From Pelagomonas calceolata (lineage: Eukaryota), in contig CAKKNE010000002.1 in NCBI GenBank assembly GCA_918797485.1, forward strand, positions 1,798,001-1,862,000: a stretch of 64,000 nt of DNA. The letters are read 5' to 3'. Under the pieces are notes generated by a model. It was not told the DNA's origin and searched no databases. It saw only the letters and a program-made list of their open reading frames with translations. Below, in pieces: positions 41,978-51,620 of the stretch (position 1 is its first letter; each line of letters starts with the position of its first letter). The position numbers and the translations under genes are program-made.

Positions 41978-43317
41978 TTACCCAAAGGCCCGGGACTTGG
42001 CGGCCTTCTTCTTGTTCCGGCCGGAGGCGCCCACCTTCTTCTTCTTGGGCGCCTTGGGCTTCCGCTTGGGCGGCTCGTAGTCGAGCCGCCGCCAGTAGTC
42101 GAGGTCGTTGACGGCGCCCGACTTGAGCGCTTTGGCGAGGTCGTCCTCGCCGTAGCCCCAGGGCGCCATGCCGAGGTCGAGGACCGTGAAGCGGTCCTTG
42201 ACGGCGAAGAGCGTGGCGAGCGCGTCGCGCTCGGCCGCGGCCAGCGCGGGGTGCCAGCACTCGCTCATGAGGCAGATGCGGTCGCGGTCGGCCGTGTTGT
42301 AGATGTAGTGCGGGTACGTGTTGTCGAGGATGACGGCGTCGCCGCCCGTGGCGATGGTCTCCTCCTCGTCGTCGACGAAGATGCCGCAGCCCTCGGGCGC
42401 GTCGACGGGCGTCAGCGTCGAGAGCATGTAGTTGCGGCCGTCGGAGTGGACGGTGCCGCGCGAGTCGGCCTTCTGGCGCGTGAAGCCGACGAAGCGGTGC
42501 GCGGGCCCGAGGTCGCCCATGGCCGCGACGAGCGCGGCCGTCGTCTTCGGCGCCGTCGTCTTCGCGCCGCGCAGCGACAGGAACTGCCAGCCGAACCAGG
42601 CGGCCTTCTGCCACGTCTCGTCCTCCTCCTCCTCGTTGAGGCCCAGCGGGTCCCACTCGCCCGCGTCCGCGTCGAAGCCGTCCTCGTCGTCGGCGAGCGG
42701 CCGCGCGTTCAGCACCGAGTCGAACTCGGCGCGCGCGGCCGCCGCCACCTCCGTCGAGAGCTTGGCGCGGAGCTCGGCCAGCTCGGGGTACGCGTCGTGC
42801 GGGTACGCCGCGCGCGGCACGCTCTCGCCCGACGCGGCGTCCTCGCCGAGGCCCGGGTAGACGTACTGCGAGAGCAGCTGCTGCCGGTTGTCCATGAACA
42901 GGTCCTCGCCTGCGCGCGCGGCGGCGTCGGGACTCTCTCTCGCCGGGGCGCGACGGCCTCGGCGCTCGCCGCCGACGCGACGCGACCCCCCACCGAAGGC
43001 CTCGGCGCCGGGCCCGCACCGGGCGGCTTCGTCCGCAGGTTCTCGCAGAAGCCGCGGAACCGCTCGAGCGCGGCGTCCGTCCGCCAGCCCGGCAGCTCCG
43101 CGTCGACCTGCGCCCAGAACGCGTCGTTCTTCCACGCGCCCTCGTCGACGTCGTAGACCGTGTCCTGCTTCTCGAAGTAGGCCTTTTCCGCGTCCGTCGT
43201 CGGCGTCGACGCGAGCCTGGTGGCACCCCTCGGCGGCAGCCTCGGCCGGAGCCGCGGCGTCAGCGCCACCGCATACGTCGCGAGCAGCCGTGCGACGACG
43301 AGCCTCCTCGTCGGCAT
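41978..43317 (-). CDS. Asp/Asn beta-hydroxylase-like oxygenase, copy 2 (intron 42910-43019)
   Basis: Near-identical to 21075-22405; ORF intact; intron 9 nt longer. Confidence 0.85.
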
Positions 43318-43578
43318 GGGTGTGGCCTCGCGTGAACACCAACGCCCAGGCACCTGAATTTGCTCTGCGCTCGTGCGACGCCAAGCCTCTCCCAAGGTTT
43401 GACTCGCAGCTCGTCGCCGGCCGAAGCCGGTCGGAGGGCCCGGCGGGAGACGTGCTCTGGCGAGTTTGAGTGCCGTCCGTCCGCTTTTTCGACTCCGTTT
43501 TGGCATGCAGGCTCGAAGGCGCTGGCCGTGCGCAGGGAGCAGGGGGGCAAAAAAAATGGAAAAATGGCAAAAAGAAAA

Positions 43579-43696
43579 GAGAGCGCTACCCGGGATTCCA
43601 ACGTGGTCACCCACCGTAGTACTAACCGGGCTCGATAGGGCTTAACTTCGATGAGCTGACGGGTATCGGTGCTCTCCCTATGATCTGAGCGCTCGC
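43579..43696 (-). rRNA. 5S rRNA: 5S ribosomal RNA (copy 2)
   Basis: Reverse complement of 20691-20808, with T-tract terminator. Confidence 0.92.
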
Positions 43697-43815
43697 ACTG
43701 TCCCGGGAGTGAGGGCTCCCGAGGACGCGATGGGAGGTCTGGGTCGGCGCCTGCATATGAACCCTTCTTGGCTAACTTTCGGGTTTGCGATGCCTTTCTC
43801 GAGAGCGCCGGGCCT

Positions 43816-44102
43816 ATGCCACCGCGGCGGCTCGCCTTCTTGGGCGGCGCCGTCTGCCGCGCCGCGGCCGCAGACGCGCCGCTCGACCCCGGCGCCGTGC
43901 GCCAGGCCCTCGCGACCGTCGCGCTGGGCGCCTTCGTCCTCGGGGCCTGCTGCGCCTGCGCCTGCGCGGCCGCCTGCTGGTGCGCGTCGATCGCCTACGA
44001 CGCCGACGGCGGCGGCGGCGGCCCCTTCTCCGCGCGGCGCGTCCTCACGGCGCTCGGCGCCAAGGAGCCGCCGCGGCGCTACGCGCGGGTCCGCCTGAAC
44101 GA
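43816..44102 (+). pseudogene. 3'-truncated copy of the small TM protein gene; frame reads on to 44490
   Basis: Matches 20283-20569 until RVRLN, then loses EDDATGGDIEMTLA-stop at the duplication breakpoint. Confidence 0.65.
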
Positions 44103-44108
44103 CGTCCG

Positions 44109-45059
44109 ATGCCCGACGACGCCTTCGCGGCCGCGAGCTGGCGGGACCCGGCGTTCTGGCGACGCGTCGCACCGCTCGGCATCGGCTCGCCGCCGCAGAG
44201 GAAGCCTGCACCGCTCGGCATCGGTTCGCCACCGCAGCGCAAGCGGAAGCGCCCCGCGGATGATGCAGGCGCCGTCGTTCGACATGCCGAAGCTGATGCC
44301 GCCGCCGACGCCCGGCAGTTCGCGCGCGACGGCTTCGCGACGCTGCGCGGCGAAGCGACGACCGCCGCGCTCGCGGGCCGGTGCGCCGACGCGATCGAGC
44401 GCCTCGCGGCGCGCGGGCTGCCGGCCGCGTGCGTGTTCCTCTACGACGAGGCCTGGGCCCTCGTCGCGGCCTTCGCGCCGCGGCTCGTAGCACTGCTCGC
44501 GGCCGGCGCCGCCATGAACTACGACTGCTACGCGTTCCGCGTGGCGCCCGGCGCCCGCGGCTGGGCCGCGCACCGCGACCGCGCCGGCGACGACGCGACC
44601 ACGCCGGGCTACGCGACGTGCTGGGTCGCGCTGACGGACTGCGGCCCCGACACGGCGTGCGTCCGCGCGGCGCCGCTGCGCGCCACGGAGGGCCTCGCGG
44701 TCGACGACCCGCGGGCGCTGGAAGCAGCGGCGAGGCGCGCCGCGGTGCCGCTCGCGCTGCGGCGCGGCGACGCGGCGGCCTGGGCGGGCCGGACGGTCCA
44801 CTTCGGCGGGCCGCACGCGGACGCGACGCGGCCGCCGCGCGCCGCGCTCGCCTTCGCGGCGTCGACGCCGGCGCTCGAGGACGACCGGGACCGGATCGAG
44901 GCGGTGCGGGCGTGGGCCGGCGGCGGCGCCGCGCTGCCCTTCGACGCGCGGCTCAAGCTCGTCGCGCTCCAGCTCGAGTTCTACGCCGACGCGGAGCCCC
45001 TCGACCCGCGCGTCCGGACCGTCCTCGACGCGCTCGACGCGGCCTGGTGCGGCGACTAA
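44109..45059 (+). CDS. Phytanoyl-CoA dioxygenase (PhyH)-like 2OG-Fe(II) oxygenase
   Basis: FARDGF, GWAAHRD, TCWVALTD, GDAAAWAGRTVHFG, RAALAF. Confidence 0.85.
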   Translation: MPDDAFAAASWRDPAFWRRVAPLGIGSPPQRKPAPLGIGSPPQRKRKRPADDAGAVVRHAEADAAADARQFARDGFATLRGEATTAALAGRCADAIERLAARGLPAACVFLYDEAWALVAAFAPRLVALLAAGAAMNYDCYAFRVAPGARGWAAHRDRAGDDATTPGYATCWVALTDCGPDTACVRAAPLRATEGLAVDDPRALEAAARRAAVPLALRRGDAAAWAGRTVHFGGPHADATRPPRAALAFAASTPALEDDRDRIEAVRAWAGGGAALPFDARLKLVALQLEFYADAEPLDPRVRTVLDALDAAWCGD

Positions 45060-45306
45060 GTTTTGTTGTGACAACTCCTGCGATCTGAAATTCGTGGCCG
45101 GCGGGTTTCGCGCGTACGTCGTCGCGCAAAAAGCACCCCTATCTCCCGATTCGTCCACCACCGAAGGATCCGCAAGCTTGAGAGTGCTATTTGGGAGCCC
45201 CCCTCGCGCGCGTGAAGCGCGTGCGGCGACTGCTGCCACACATAGCTCTCTCAAACACACCTCAGCAGCAGAGCTCTCTCAAAACACCAGAGCGCAGTCA
45301 GCATCG

Positions 45307-45927
45307 ATGAGGAGGACCGCCCTCGCGGCGCTCTGCTGCGGCTCCGCGGCGGCGCTCACCGGGCTGCCGACGCTGGATCTTTATCTTGACCTGCGCATGA
45401 CCGTGCGAGGCCCCGCCGACGCGCTCGAGACGATCGCGGCCCAGCCCGACGGCCTGATACTGTGGGAGAGCGCCGCGGCGCCGGACTGGGGCGACGAGCT
45501 CGAGGGCCTCGACGTCATCGCCGTGGACCCGGGCGCGAAGAACGTCGCGGGTCTCCCGAGCGTGCGGCGCGGGCGCGCCGCGCGGCTCTTCGAGCCGCCC
45601 TTCGACACGCAGGAGGTCGTGGGCGCCTGCAGCCCCGGCGGCGTGCTGCTCGTCGACAGCACGGCGGACGTCTGGGAGCGCGAGACGCTGCCGCTCATCG
45701 AGATCGCGGCGGCGGCGGCGGCCGACACCGCGAAGGTGCTCGTGTCGCTCTACGACTCGACGATGCTCGCGCAGGTCAGCGAGAAGCTGGTCCTCGGCGC
45801 GATGACGGGGAGCGCGCTGCCGACGTTCGGGGCGGCCGACGCGGGCGCCGGCGCCGGCGGCCTCGGCGTCGCGCTGCCGCCCGACCCGGGCCTCTGGAAG
45901 CACGCCCAGACGTACAACATCCGCTAG
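45307..45927 (+). CDS. Hypothetical protein with signal peptide
   Basis: MRRTALAALCCGSAAA; GC3-rich 206-aa ORF. Confidence 0.7.
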   Translation: MRRTALAALCCGSAAALTGLPTLDLYLDLRMTVRGPADALETIAAQPDGLILWESAAAPDWGDELEGLDVIAVDPGAKNVAGLPSVRRGRAARLFEPPFDTQEVVGACSPGGVLLVDSTADVWERETLPLIEIAAAAAADTAKVLVSLYDSTMLAQVSEKLVLGAMTGSALPTFGAADAGAGAGGLGVALPPDPGLWKHAQTYNIR

Positions 45928-45957
45928 TGTGAGGCGCTGTAAATTGATGTGCATACC

Positions 45958-45981
45958 TCTAGCGGCCTGTAAGACACTAGC
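45958..45981 (+). promoter_or_regulatory. CTAG-dyad intergenic motif
   Basis: tctagcggcctgtaagacactagc, upstream of 46197. Confidence 0.7.
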
Positions 45982-46196
45982 GCGTAGGTTTGGCATTGCA
46001 AATTGGCAAGCCGTCTGGAGGCAGCAGTCATCATAATAATCAGTGCCGAGCGCTAGTCAAGTGCTCAGCGTGCGCACCGGAGAGCCATCAGTCCGGAGAG
46101 CAGCCACCCAGTTCGGAGAGCCCCAATCAATCCGGAGAGCAATAGCAGCAGCGCAGTGAAATCCTGGGAAAACCTGGAAACTCGACGACTGCCACA

Positions 46197-47126
46197 ATGC
46201 TAAAACGCATGACACTCCTCGTCGCACTTGCACGCGAGACGTCGTCGCTCAACGGCGCCTGGCGCCGACGCGGCGTCTACCGCGACCGCAGCGACATGCC
46301 GCCGCTCGACGCCGTCGCGGCCGCGGTCGGCGCCGCCGCGCCCTGGGCGGCGCCGAAGTGGGTCTGGGCCTTCTGCTGGCGCGCGCACGCGCGGCTGCTG
46401 CCCGCGCTCCACGCGCGCGACGGCCTCACGAACACCTGCGTGAACCTCCAGGTGCTCTGGCTCAAAGCGCTCGCCGGCGACGACGCGGCGTACGCGCTCT
46501 TGCCGCGCGGATTTCGCCTACTCGTCGCGCCGCCGCTGCGGCGGTTCTACCCGAGGCTCCACCACCAGAACATCAAACTCCGCGCGAAGTTCCTGGACGA
46601 CGCCGTCCGGGACGAGCTGCGCCGCGGCGACGACGACGTGGCCGTCGTGGCGCTGGGGGCGGGCTTCGACGGGCGCGCGGCCCGCGCGGTGGAAGACCGC
46701 GGGCCGCGCGCGCGCGCCGCCGACGTCGACCTGCCCGAGGTCATCGCGCAGAAGCGAAGCGTGCTGGGCCGCGCGGACGGATACGGCGCCGAGCTGATCG
46801 CCTGCGACCTCGCCGGCGCCGGCGTCGAGGCCGCGCTCGCGCGGGCGATAGGGAACCGCACGCGCGTCGTATTCGTCGTCGAGGCACTCCTGATCTACCT
46901 CGACGCCGCCGCGGCGGAGCGGCTCCTCGACGCGTGCCGCGGCGCGCCGTGCGCCGCGGTGTCGCTCTGCTTCGCGGACCGGCTCGCGATCGACGGCGTC
47001 GACGAGGCGGCAGCCGCGCGCCTCTTCGCGGACCGCGGCTTTGACCTCGTCCGCTACCTCCCGAAGCCGGGCCTCGCGCGGCACATGGGCGTGGCGCGGC
47101 GGCGGCCGCGTCGTGGGGAGAGCTAA
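46197..47126 (+). CDS. SAM-dependent methyltransferase, leucine carboxyl methyltransferase (LCM)-like
   Basis: RAKFLD, VVALGAGFDGR, DVDLPEVIAQK, CDL, VEALLIYL. Confidence 0.85.
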   Translation: MLKRMTLLVALARETSSLNGAWRRRGVYRDRSDMPPLDAVAAAVGAAAPWAAPKWVWAFCWRAHARLLPALHARDGLTNTCVNLQVLWLKALAGDDAAYALLPRGFRLLVAPPLRRFYPRLHHQNIKLRAKFLDDAVRDELRRGDDDVAVVALGAGFDGRAARAVEDRGPRARAADVDLPEVIAQKRSVLGRADGYGAELIACDLAGAGVEAALARAIGNRTRVVFVVEALLIYLDAAAAERLLDACRGAPCAAVSLCFADRLAIDGVDEAAAARLFADRGFDLVRYLPKPGLARHMGVARRRPRRGES

Positions 47127-47415
47127 CGTCGTTTTTGTGTCGTCGTCGTTCGACGTCGCCGTTTGTCTGAAGGGTCTGCCAGTCCGCGAGCATGGGTGGG
47201 TTTTTCACAAACATACGTCCGCCAGAGGAGGACCGCTCCGGCCAGATATACCGGATGGGCACACGCGAGTAGGGGGCTCGCGGCTTGATCTGCAGAGCAG
47301 GTGCATGACGACACCGCATTGGTCGGCGTAAATCGCACCAACTGCGTAAGGTATAGTCATAAAATAGAGGCGACATTCAGCGGTCGTGCATTTGAGAGCC
47401 GCAGACCGCACCGCC

Positions 47416-48036
47416 ATGCTCGTCGCCACGCGAACAAAGCCCGCCGGGCAGCCCTTGGGTGCCGCAGCAGCAGGGGCGGCCCCCATCTTCGTCGAGACGA
47501 ACGGTCGCGGCGACGAGGTGCGAGTCGTGCCCGACGAGGCGTCGCCGGTGCGGCCCGTGCGCGTGACGGAGGACCCGCTGCCCCTGGAGTGGGTCGTGCC
47601 GCGGCGCGCGCGCTCCCCGAAGGACTGCGACACCTACGCCTCGGCGCAGTCGAGTTTCGACGACCTCGCGTCGCTGGCGTCGGAGCGCTGCTGCGACGAG
47701 GACCCGAGGAGTCCGGACGCGGCGCTCGACGACGCGTACCGACGCTACGTGGCCGCGCGCGACGCGCCGGCGCCAGCGCGGACGCCGACACCGGAGCCGA
47801 CGACCTTCGACGCGTCGACGACGCCGCCGCCGGGCCTCCGCGTGCACGCGCGGCGGCCGGCGCAGGCCGCGACGCCGCTCGACGTATTCCTGCGCCTGCG
47901 GGGCCTCGACGCCCACGCGGACGTGCTGTACGGCCTGGGCGCGCGGAAGATCGGAGACCTGCGCTACCTGCGGAAGGAGGACTACGCGGGCGTCGGCCTC
48001 GACCTCGGGGACCTCGACATGAAGGTCCAGTTCTGA
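47416..48036 (+). CDS. Hypothetical protein with C-terminal SAM (sterile alpha motif)-like domain
   Basis: VFLRLRGLDAHADVL..LG....DLRYLRKEDYAGVGL. Confidence 0.6.
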   Translation: MLVATRTKPAGQPLGAAAAGAAPIFVETNGRGDEVRVVPDEASPVRPVRVTEDPLPLEWVVPRRARSPKDCDTYASAQSSFDDLASLASERCCDEDPRSPDAALDDAYRRYVAARDAPAPARTPTPEPTTFDASTTPPPGLRVHARRPAQAATPLDVFLRLRGLDAHADVLYGLGARKIGDLRYLRKEDYAGVGLDLGDLDMKVQF

Positions 48037-48136
48037 GTAAGTTCAATATATTCTTCCGTTTGCGATGTTACGGTGCTAGGACTCATGAAGGCGCCTCCTG
48101 GGGCGCGTCACCGATTCATCCCAGGCGCGCGAACTT

Positions 48137-48160
48137 GCTAGTGTCTTACTGGACGCTAGC
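48137..48160 (-). promoter_or_regulatory. CTAG-dyad intergenic motif
   Basis: gctagtgtcttactggacgctagc, about 150 bp upstream of 48309. Confidence 0.7.
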
Positions 48161-48308
48161 TCCACTTCCTAAAACACACGCCACGCTGGCACGGCTCCAC
48201 TAATCGCACAGTCCACGCTGGCACTCAGCACGTATCATTTTATAGTGCCGCCACAAGCGCTGCACAAGTGCTCGGTACTGCACGTCTGCTGCACAAGCGC
48301 TACTAGTC

Positions 48309-49424
48309 ATGCAGGCCTGCCTCGCAGCAGCACTCCTCGCCACGGCCACGACGGCCCTAGCACCAGCACCGGTACCACCGCACGCCGCCGCCCCGGCCCG
48401 CTCGCCGCAAGGTTTAGAAAACAAATACTGGGCCTGGCGCGGCCAGGCCATCCGCTACCAGGTGACGGAGCCCACCACGCCGACGGGGCAAAAAGCTCTC
48501 CTCGTGCACGGATTGTTTGTCAATGCCGACCACTGGCGCAAGACGCTGCAAGCGTTGAGTGAGGCGGGCGTGACGGCCTACGCGATCGATCTGTTGGGCT
48601 GCGGCTGGTCGAGCAAGCCGCATCCGACGTCGGATGAAGCTAAGGCGCTGTCGGGCGAGAAGGGTAGAGACGAACTCGAAGATGTTGACACGTTCCAGGG
48701 CGTGGAGCTGGGCACGGCGTCCGGCAAACTGCGGACGGTGTCCTTCGTCGACAAGCGCCATCCTGTTGATGGTAGTTGTTATAATTTCTACACGTGGGCC
48801 GAGCAGCTCTGCGATTTCACGGACGAAGTTATTGGGGGCGACTGCGCCTTGATCTGCAACAGCATCGGCACGATCTCATCCCTACAAGCTTGTTTAGATA
48901 AGCCGGAATTGTTCACCGGTCTATTAACCGTGTCGCCGAACTTCCGCGAGCTCCACACGGCCGAGGCGTCGCCGTTGGCGATGCCTCTGGTAAAAACTGT
49001 GCAGCGCTTATTGAGGGAGCGGGGCCAGGGTTTGTTCGACGCGCTCGCGAACGCGAACACGGTGAAGAATATACTGAAGGAGCCCTACGCTGTGAAGGAC
49101 GCGGTGACGGACGAGCTCGTCGACGTATTGTTAACACCATTACTCACGGTGGGCGCCGCGGACGTGGTGTTCGACACGCTCTCGTACTCGGCGGGGCCGC
49201 TGCCGGAAGACCAGCTCGGGCGCCTCCCCGGTGGTTTGCCCGTCTGGGTCTGCTACGGCGGGAGCGACCCCTGGACGCCGCCGAAGCGCGTCGACGCGCT
49301 GCGGCGGTTCGACGCGGTCGAGGAGGTCCGCGCGTTTTCAGAGGTGGGCCACTGCCCGCACGACGAGGCGCCCGAGCGCGTGAACCCGTTCGTGCTCGAG
49401 TTCCTCGCGCGGTTGCGGGAGTAA
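48309..49424 (+). CDS. Alpha/beta hydrolase (pheophytinase-like family), probably plastid-targeted
   Basis: LLVHGL..NADHWRK, IDLLGCGWS, CNSIG nucleophile elbow, DPW, GHCPHDEAPE. Confidence 0.9.
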   Translation: MQACLAAALLATATTALAPAPVPPHAAAPARSPQGLENKYWAWRGQAIRYQVTEPTTPTGQKALLVHGLFVNADHWRKTLQALSEAGVTAYAIDLLGCGWSSKPHPTSDEAKALSGEKGRDELEDVDTFQGVELGTASGKLRTVSFVDKRHPVDGSCYNFYTWAEQLCDFTDEVIGGDCALICNSIGTISSLQACLDKPELFTGLLTVSPNFRELHTAEASPLAMPLVKTVQRLLRERGQGLFDALANANTVKNILKEPYAVKDAVTDELVDVLLTPLLTVGAADVVFDTLSYSAGPLPEDQLGRLPGGLPVWVCYGGSDPWTPPKRVDALRRFDAVEEVRAFSEVGHCPHDEAPERVNPFVLEFLARLRE

Positions 49425-49742
49425 TGTTGTTTTCTTGACCCCGCACCTCAGCTAGGCAAGTTTGTGAAGGCGAGCTTTAGTCGGCTTGTTTTTTAGGACG
49501 CCGAGGCGGCGGTTTTGGACGCGTAGACAGGCCTAAGGTCTACACACCGACGCGCGTGACGGAGGCGCCGTCCTACGCGCCGACGACGGACACCTACGCG
49601 CCTTCAGAAGCGCCGACAGGCGTGCCTTAGACGACGACATCCGCGCGTGGCGGCGTCGCGGAACCCCTCCTCCTCCTCCTCCTCCTCCTCCTCATCCCTC
49701 CCCCGCGCATAACTCCACTCACTATAAGTCAGGGGCCTTCGT

Positions 49743-49766
49743 GCTAGCGGCCTGTAAGGCACTAGC
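49743..49766 (+). promoter_or_regulatory. CTAG-dyad intergenic motif
   Basis: gctagcggcctgtaaggcactagc, about 150 bp upstream of 49918. Confidence 0.7.
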
Positions 49767-49917
49767 TTTGCAGAGCAGCCTCAGCAGCTCACACTTTGCA
49801 GAGCAGAGCGCGCGAGGGGCAGCCCTCGGACGATTGCAAGCAAAAGCGCATGACGTCGGGCAGCTGTAGCTGGCACGCGTGCGGGATGGACCGCACAAGG
49901 CTGAAACGCAGCTAGAG

Positions 49918-51534
49918 ATGGTGGAGCCCCTCGCGGACCGCGTGCTGGCGCTCACGCTGGCCGACGAGCCCGGGCAGCTCGCGGCGCTGCTGCTGGACCG
50001 GCCGCGCTGGGAGGGCCCGCTGGACGTCGAGGCGGCCTTCGGCGGGCGGACCCCCGAGGGCGCGGCGCCGCTGCACGCGGCGGCGGTCGGCGGCCGGAGC
50101 GCCTGCCTCGCGGCGCTGCTCGCCGCGGGCGCGCCGTCGGCGCGCGTCGAGCCGAGCGGGCATACCGCATTGCACCTGGCGTGCCAGGGCGGCCACGTCG
50201 CGTGCGCCGCGCAGCTGCTGGCCGCGTTCCCCGGCGATGTCAATGTTGAAACGGCCCGGGGCCACACGCCCCTCATGGTCTGCCTCGAGACGACGCACGG
50301 CGACGCCTCGCGCGCCGCGGCGACGGCGCGGCTCCTGCTGCGCCGCGGCGCCGACCCGATGCGGCGGCGGCCGACGGAGGCCGCGGGCGTGCTCGCGAAC
50401 GCGGCGCTCTACGAGTGCTGCCTGCTGGGCCGCGACGCGCTCTGCCGCGCGCTCTGCGAGGGCTACGACGTCGCGGCGCAGGTGGCCTACAAGACGCGCG
50501 GGCAGAGCCACAACTGCTTCCACGCCGCCTGCGACCGCGGCCACGCGCGCTGTTTGCAAGCCGTGCTGGCCGCGTGCGGTGCGTCGTCTGAAGGAACGCG
50601 GGCCGCCGCGCGCGCGCTCATCAGCGGGGCCGACGGCGACGGCGCGTGCCCGATCCACCTCGCGGCGCACTCGGGCGCGGCGGCGTGCGTCCGGCTGCTC
50701 CTCGACTTTGACGCGTGCCTCTTAGGCCTGCGGATGAACGCGTCGCATCAGACGCCACTTTATCTGGCCTGCGCCCGGGGGCACCTCGAGACCGTCGAGG
50801 TCTTGCTCGGGCACGCGTCGGATGAAGCGGCCGAAGCGCCCGAATTCACGCCGCTCCACGCCGCGGCGGCCTCGGGCGCGGCGGACGTCTGCGCGCTCGT
50901 CCTGTCGGCGCGGCCGGAACTGCTTCGAATCGAGGACCCGGACCACCGCACGCCACTCGCCACGGCCGTGTCGCACGGCAAGCTCGAGAGCGCGCGGCTC
51001 CTCGCGATCGCCGGCGCCGCGCCGCGCTACGGAGCCGTCGACCTCGTCGACGAGGCCCACGCGCGAAACCTCCCGGCGCTGGCCGCGTGGCTCCGCGACA
51101 TCTGCGTCTTCCGCGCCGCCGACGAGCCGCTTCCGGTTTTGTGCTTCGCGCCGGACCTGGGCGCGACGCACGTCCGGGCTCTGCTGCGCGCCGGCGCCGC
51201 CGCCGACGTCGTGGCGATCCGAGCGCTCGGAGACGCGGTCGCCGACGGCGCCGACGACGCCGCGCCGGCCCCGCCGCCGCCGCCGCTCGCCGCCGCGACG
51301 CGGCCCTGGCAGCCGGCGACGCACGAGCTCTTCCCGCGCGCCGCGCGCGTCCGCGCCTACGTCGCGCTCGTCGTCCTGCGGCGGCGCCTCCCGGGCCTGC
51401 TGGTCGTCGACCGCGTGCTGCCGTTCGCCGTCGACCGGGGTGGCGCTCGCGTCGACGAGCAGGCCGCGCTCATGGCGCTCGTCCTCGGGCGGAGGCCGTT
51501 CACGCTCGCGGAGCGGCTTCGCGGCGTCCCGTAA
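49918..51534 (+). CDS. Ankyrin-repeat protein
   Basis: Multiple TxLHxA repeats; C-terminal PWQPATHELFP motif. Confidence 0.88.
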   Translation: MVEPLADRVLALTLADEPGQLAALLLDRPRWEGPLDVEAAFGGRTPEGAAPLHAAAVGGRSACLAALLAAGAPSARVEPSGHTALHLACQGGHVACAAQLLAAFPGDVNVETARGHTPLMVCLETTHGDASRAAATARLLLRRGADPMRRRPTEAAGVLANAALYECCLLGRDALCRALCEGYDVAAQVAYKTRGQSHNCFHAACDRGHARCLQAVLAACGASSEGTRAAARALISGADGDGACPIHLAAHSGAAACVRLLLDFDACLLGLRMNASHQTPLYLACARGHLETVEVLLGHASDEAAEAPEFTPLHAAAASGAADVCALVLSARPELLRIEDPDHRTPLATAVSHGKLESARLLAIAGAAPRYGAVDLVDEAHARNLPALAAWLRDICVFRAADEPLPVLCFAPDLGATHVRALLRAGAAADVVAIRALGDAVADGADDAAPAPPPPPLAAATRPWQPATHELFPRAARVRAYVALVVLRRRLPGLLVVDRVLPFAVDRGGARVDEQAALMALVLGRRPFTLAERLRGVP

Positions 51535-51620
51535 GGATAATACTGTGTTGGACTATATTGCCCGGAGGGGATATCTTTAACGGGGGTGGGACTAGTCGGC
51601 GGCGCCCCTGGGGGGGCGAT

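Larger units (their letters stand above)
41089..44102 (-). repeat. Large inverted duplication, arm 2 (~3.0 kb, internally deleted)
   Basis: Reverse complement of 20283-23901, lacking 22752-23217 and one Cys-rich repeat. Confidence 0.95.

Noticed and set aside
20283..44102. Giant transposon, Polinton or endogenous virus with long TIRs
   Set aside because: The arms consist of ordinary host genes and 5S. No TSD, integrase, transposase or capsid is seen. The PolB is cellular REV3, not protein-primed.
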